A stretch of 64,000 nt of DNA from Blastocladiella emersonii ATCC 22665 (Eukaryota > Fungi > Blastocladiomycota), in NCBI GenBank assembly GCA_025594325.1, contig JANHCV010000007.1:868001-932000 (forward strand), in the 5' to 3' direction. Below the pieces are notes generated by a model that was not told the origin of the DNA, did no database searches, and was given only the letters and a program-made list of their open reading frames with translations. Shown piece after piece: positions 59,214-64,000 of the stretch (within the stretch, counting starts at the first letter, position 1; each line of letters starts with the position of its first letter). A program made the translations under genes and the position numbers.

Positions 59214-61037
59214 TCACTCCTCGTACTTGATGAACGCGATAGTCGGCAGCCCGAACTTGCTGTCGCGAGGAACGTCGTAGGCGCCGCTGAGAACGGACGC
59301 CACGCTCCCGCTCTCGCCGCGCAGCTTGTCGAGGAGAGCGCGCGAGGCCTTGGCAAACTTCTTGCCAAGCGGGCCGTCGCGGTCGTTGAGCGCGCGCACC
59401 GTCTCGTAGTAGAGCTCGGTGAGCGGCGGGAGGTTGCGGTGCCGGCCGAGGCCGAGGTGCGACGCGATGCCGATGTTGGCCTATGTGCGCGGGAGGGAGA
59501 CAGTGAGCGATGGCGGTGCGATGAACAAGTGAAGACGTACGGTCACCGCGATCGTCGCGACGATGAGCGGCGCGAGCCCATGTAGCGTCACCGGCTTGGC
59601 GCCTGGACCGTCGGTGCGTGCGACGCGATCGTTGACGCGCTTGAGGTACTCGTCGAGCGCGTCGAAGCTGTTGCTGGCTACACAGGCGTGGGGCGGGAGG
59701 ATTCCGTCAACCTCGTAGCTCGAATAAGGAAGCAGGGCGCGTACCGTTGTGCCAGTACATGCCCCGCCGCACGACCTCGACGAGACACGGGTGCAGTCCG
59801 TACGCCTTGCCGTCGCTTGTCGAGGTCTGGATCATCCAGTGCAGGTTGAACGCAAGCGTCCGCACGGCGCTCGGTGACTCAAACGCGGGCAGCGTCGGTA
59901 GGATCGGCAGGTTGCGCGAGCCCTTGAAGAACGACATGGTGACACTGCGAAGCTGGGAGCGAAGCTTCGTGAACGCCGCCGCATAGTGTTTCTGGTACTA
60001 CACACGAGAGTGATAGGACACGGGTCAGCTCAGCGCACGCTGTTTCGCGTGCTAATCGACCCGCGCGCCGTACATCTTCAAAGCTGAGCGGACTTCCATC
60101 GCCGCCGCCGCAGAGCTCGAGGTAGTCGGTGTAGCAGTGGTCGCGAATGACCTCGGGAGCGGCGAACGGGCCGTACACGAACACGCTGGCGCGCAGCTGC
60201 ACCTGGATCTCCGACGGCAGCTCGGCCGTGGATGGGTCCGACGGACGCTGGGGCGCGGCACTAAATCGACGCGGAAAAGTTCAGCCGGCAACGGTTCCAC
60301 GAGCGAGCGGCTACCACGAACCCGTCGTCGTTGTCGTGGGTTTGGTTCTCGTTGCTGTTGTCGTTCCCGCTCGCGCTCGCCTCCAGGTTCGCCTCCTCGA
60401 TCCCTTCCGACCCAAGCGAGTTCTTGCCAGATCGAACGTCAAACTGGTCGAGCGTGGTTCCAGCGTCAAACTCCTCCATCTCGGCCGGCTCCTCGGCTTC
60501 CGCCATAGGCGCGTCCTGCGACTCCTCGTCGACTTCAGCCGCTTGGGCCACCGCAGCGGTCCCGCCCTGCGACACGTCGTCGGCTTCAGTCGCCACAGCC
60601 TCCGCCGCCGCCGCTTCAGTCGACGCTGCGGCAGCGATCTCGGGAGGTGGCTCGTCCAACACGAGCTCGCTCTCCGGTCCGGCGACCGCCGCCACCTCAG
60701 CAGATGCAGCAGTAGTGGTCTCGGGCTGTGGTTCGGCCACTACGTGCTCGCGCTGCGGCTCGTCGGCCTCACTCGACGCGGCCCCCGCCGCCACCCCGGC
60801 GGACGCAGCAGCAGCGGTCTCGGGCTGTGGATCGGGCACCACTACTTCTGCTGCAGAAGAAGGTGTTGATGAGGCGGCGACAACGGCAACGGGTGCGATG
60901 GCAGCGGCCTTGCCCCTCGATCGGCGCTCCTCGCGCTGCTGGCGCGGGCGCGGTTGCGTCGGCCGCAGCCACCCGGCCGCCACGCGCTGCTGGATGCGCC
61001 GGCTGCGTCGAGTCGAGTCTTTTGCATCAGGTTCCAT
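59214..61037 (-). CDS. Array gene copy 6 (subtype B), apparently intact, with an expanded acidic exon 1
   Basis: MEPDAKDSTRRSRRI, three ExVxxEPxPExxxAAS repeats, QLRASVFVYGPFAAPEVIRDHCYTDY, LAFNLHWM, LHPCLVEVVRR, RDGPLGKKFAKASR, DVPRDSKFGLP. Confidence 0.82.
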
Positions 61038-61207
61038 GGTCGGTGTGTGTCCGAGTTGCTTCATTGAGGTGGTCAAGGCGGGAGGGAGAGCGAGAGCGAG
61101 AGGTGAAGCTCGCTGTTGGCGCAGCAGCTGTTCCCGCTGTGGCGCAACGCGCAAATCCCAGCAAACCAAGGTATACGATAGAAATACATGTGCAACCTCG
61201 GACACAT

Positions 61208-62687
61208 TCACTCTTCCTCATCGTCGTCATCGTCATCATCGCTGTCGAACATGGCGACGAGCGGGACACCGGACCGCGTGTCGCGGCGCACGTCGCCGTT
61301 CGGGGCGCGGTCGCCCATAGCCTCGGTGCACAGGCCCTGGACCAGCGCGCGGCACTGCTTGACGAACCGGTACCCGAGCGGGCCGTCCTGCTTGTTGAGC
61401 GCCTTGAGCAGCTCGGCGTACAGGAAATGGAGCGGCGGGATCGTCTCGCGGTTGAGGCCGAGGCGGATCCCGATCGCGTAGATAGCCTGCAGGAGACGCG
61501 GTTAGGAGTCGAGCGGAGGCGCGGAGGAGCGACAGCAGCATGTTCGTACGTAGCACGCCGTCGTGAGGACCAAGAGCGGCGCGATTTGGTCAAGGACGAC
61601 GCGCTTGGGCGGCGGCCCGTGCGCCGGCGAAGCCTTGGCCACACGCGCGTTGAGGCGGTTGAGGTAGTCGGATACGGCCACGATGCACTGCGCGCCCGCA
61701 CCTAGGTGATGGTGGAAAGCTGGTCAACACACGACGGACGATTACTCGTTCCCACACAAAGACGCACGAGCGTTCCAGCGGAGCATTCGCTGCGCCGCCA
61801 ACATGAAGAACGGGGAGATATCGAAGGACCCGGCGGGCCCGTTCTTGGCGGGCGCGAGCATCCACGCCAGGTTGAACTTGAGCCCGGCGAGCTCGTCCGT
61901 GGACGCGAAATCGGGGAGCGCTGGTTGCGGCAGCCCAACCTCAGACCCGGACATGATCTGGTTCACAATGATGATGCTGCGATTGCGGATACAGCCGGCG
62001 GTAGTCGAGACGAACTTGGTATACTAGTAACGTGCGGGAGGCGCATGTGTGAGCTTTGAGCGACCGACAAGTGAACGCAAAGGCGACGGACCAGCTCGAG
62101 CGAGACCAGCGGGCCCTCAGCGGCCAGAATCTCGCAATAGTCCGGATAGTAGAACTCGCGGATGACCTTGATCCCCGCAAACGGCCCGTGGACCAGAATG
62201 CACGCGCGGATCTGGCTCTTGAACGCCGGCGAGAGGTCACTCAGGTGCGTCCCGCGCGTCGGGTTCGCGGATGACTTGGACTGCGAGGTCCGCGCTCGAC
62301 GTGCGCGTTTCGCGGGTCTGCCACGGAACAGTCATGTCAGGGCCGAGACAAAGTCATGCACAAGCGAAACGGGACGTCATACCGCACAGTCTCCACTTCC
62401 TCGCCGTCCACATCGCTGCGGTCGTCGAACGCGGCTTCGCCGCCGGTCGCTTCCTCCTCCTCGTAGTCCATGTCCTCGCCATTGTCCTCGGCCATGAACA
62501 CATCATCATCGTCTTCATCACCAAGCGGCGCCTTGCGCTTCGTGCGAGTAGCGATCGGCGCGCCTGTGGACCGCGCGACGGCGGGTCCCTCGTTCGGGTT
62601 GGACGGGATCCACCCCATTGGGGCGCGCATCTCTGGCCGAGCATCGGGGCGAGAGATGCTCTCGGGTGGCATTGCATCAAGATTCAT
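61208..62687 (-). CDS. Array gene copy 7 (subtype C), apparently intact
   Basis: MNLDAMPPES, acidic tract, QIRACILVHGPFAGIKVIREFYYPDY, LKFNLAWML, YLNRLNARV, VVLDQIAPL, KQDGPLGYRFVKQCR, poly-Asp end. Confidence 0.78.
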
Positions 62688-62821
62688 GGGTTTTGATGAA
62701 GGGTTTAGCGGGAGGGGTGGGGAGGACGCAGTTCCAGGTTCGCGTGGCGCAGGCTCGGCACGGCGACGGATCAAGCAGTTACAGAGACCGCGGGTCATAT
62801 AATGATACAGGTGCACGCCAC

Positions 62822-64000
62822 TCACTCCTCGTGGTCGAGGAACGCGACGTCCGGGATCCCGTAGTCAGCGTCGCGGGGCACGTCCACGATGCGACTGTCC
62901 TGCTTGATCTGCCGCACCACGCGATCGTTGTACAGCTTGTCGATGAGCTCGCGCGAGGCCTTTGCGAACCGCTTGCCGAGCGGCCCGTCGCGCTGGCTGA
63001 GCGCGGCCATGACCTCGTTGTACAGCTGCGGCAGCGGCGGCAAGTTGCGGCCGTTGATGCCCAAGTGCGACGTGATGCCGACGTTGGCCTAGCCAGTACG
63101 ATTGAGTGAGCGACTGAGTGGGTGTGCGTGCGACCCAGCGCAGTGGACTGAATCGTACGAGGACCGCGATCGTCGCGACGATGACGGGCGCAAGTCCGCG
63201 GAGCGACGCTGACTTGACCCCAGCCGCGCCGGTGCGGGCCACACGCTTGTTGAGTCGCTGGAGGTGCGCTTCGACGGCGCCGAACCGGCTCCCTACACAC
63301 GCGCGCGTGTCGTGTCAGCGAGGAAAGCGAGCAGCACGAGTCGGTGTCACGAAGGGAAACAAGGGCACCGTCGCGATGGTTTACGGCCCGTTTCACGACT
63401 TCGGCAAGGAACGGGTGCAGAGCAAACTCGCCGCCTTCATTGCCCGTCGGCTGCTGGACCATCCAGTGCAGGGACGTCCTTGTTCGCACCGCGCGCCGGC
63501 AACGTCGGGCGAATGGCCGCGGTGGACTTGCATTTGAACAGCCTGGTCGTGATCGCGTTGAGCTGAGAGCGGAGATGGTGGACAACGTCCAAGAACAGCG
63601 CGTGGTACTAGGTCACGCACGGATCCATCAGTTCGAACTGACCTTGCCGATCGTCCAACAACGCAGCGCGGTGGGTCAGCTTACCTCATCAAAGCCAAGG
63701 GACTCGCCGCCGGGAGCCAGCTCCAGATAGCCGGCGTAGCAGTGCTGGCGGACCACGTCAGGCTCAGCGAACGGCCCGTAGATCAGGACGCTCGCGCGAA
63801 TCTGCATCCGGATGCTTGAGGTCACGTCGGTCTCTGACCCGCTCCGCTGGCGTTTTGCCGCGGGCCTGAGGTTCGAGTAAGCTACAGCATCGCAAAAGCG
63901 GAACGCGAAGCAACACGTGTCCATCCTTGTCAACATCATCGTCTTCTTCGTCGTCCTCCTCCTCTTCATCGTCCTCCTCCTCTTCGTCGTCCTCCTCGCC
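62822..64000 (-). pseudogene. Array gene copy 8 (subtype B); 5' end beyond the window; frameshift in exon 3
   Basis: QIRASVLIYGPFAEPDVVRQHCYAGY; ANVGITSHLGINGRNLPPLPQLYNE...RDGPLGKRFAKASR. Exon 3 lacks about 17 nt (the RTLAFN codons) near 63470 relative to copy 6, shifting the frame. Confidence 0.75.

Noticed and set aside
40100-64000. Whole accessory region as a Starship-like giant element
   Set aside because: No tyrosine recombinase captain or element boundaries are visible in the window.
1-64000. tRNA or rRNA genes
   Set aside because: No cloverleaf or rRNA-like sequence was recognised by eye; a covariance-model scan would be needed to exclude them.

Overview
High-GC, intron-rich eukaryotic DNA, most likely from a zoosporic (early-diverging) fungus. 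This is inferred from the fungal-type enzymes, short GT-AG introns with CTRAC branch points, SZT2, and an ERICH3-type motif protein. The left 40 kb is densely packed, mostly with conserved genes: an ERICH3-motif protein, SZT2, a TLDc/OXR1 protein, IPI1, guanylate kinase, an alpha/beta-hydrolase-like protein, a group II PLP decarboxylase, OTU2, two DUF4097-like paralogs, a membrane GT2, a low-complexity protein and a cystathionine gamma-synthase-like enzyme. A four-copy BTB tandem array at 17.6-25.0 kb interrupts them. The right 24 kb is accessory DNA. It holds a decayed Helitron with an intact 3' terminus at 45840, then at least eight tandem copies of an unrecognised five-exon gene family that share a 13-bp upstream motif. 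Copy 2 is split by a 5925-bp TIR transposon (47796-53720; 19-bp TIRs; flanking direct repeat). That element carries an internally deleted Plavaka-like transposase and a divergent accessory gene that may be a distant relative of the array genes. All family assignments are by eye; no searches were run.
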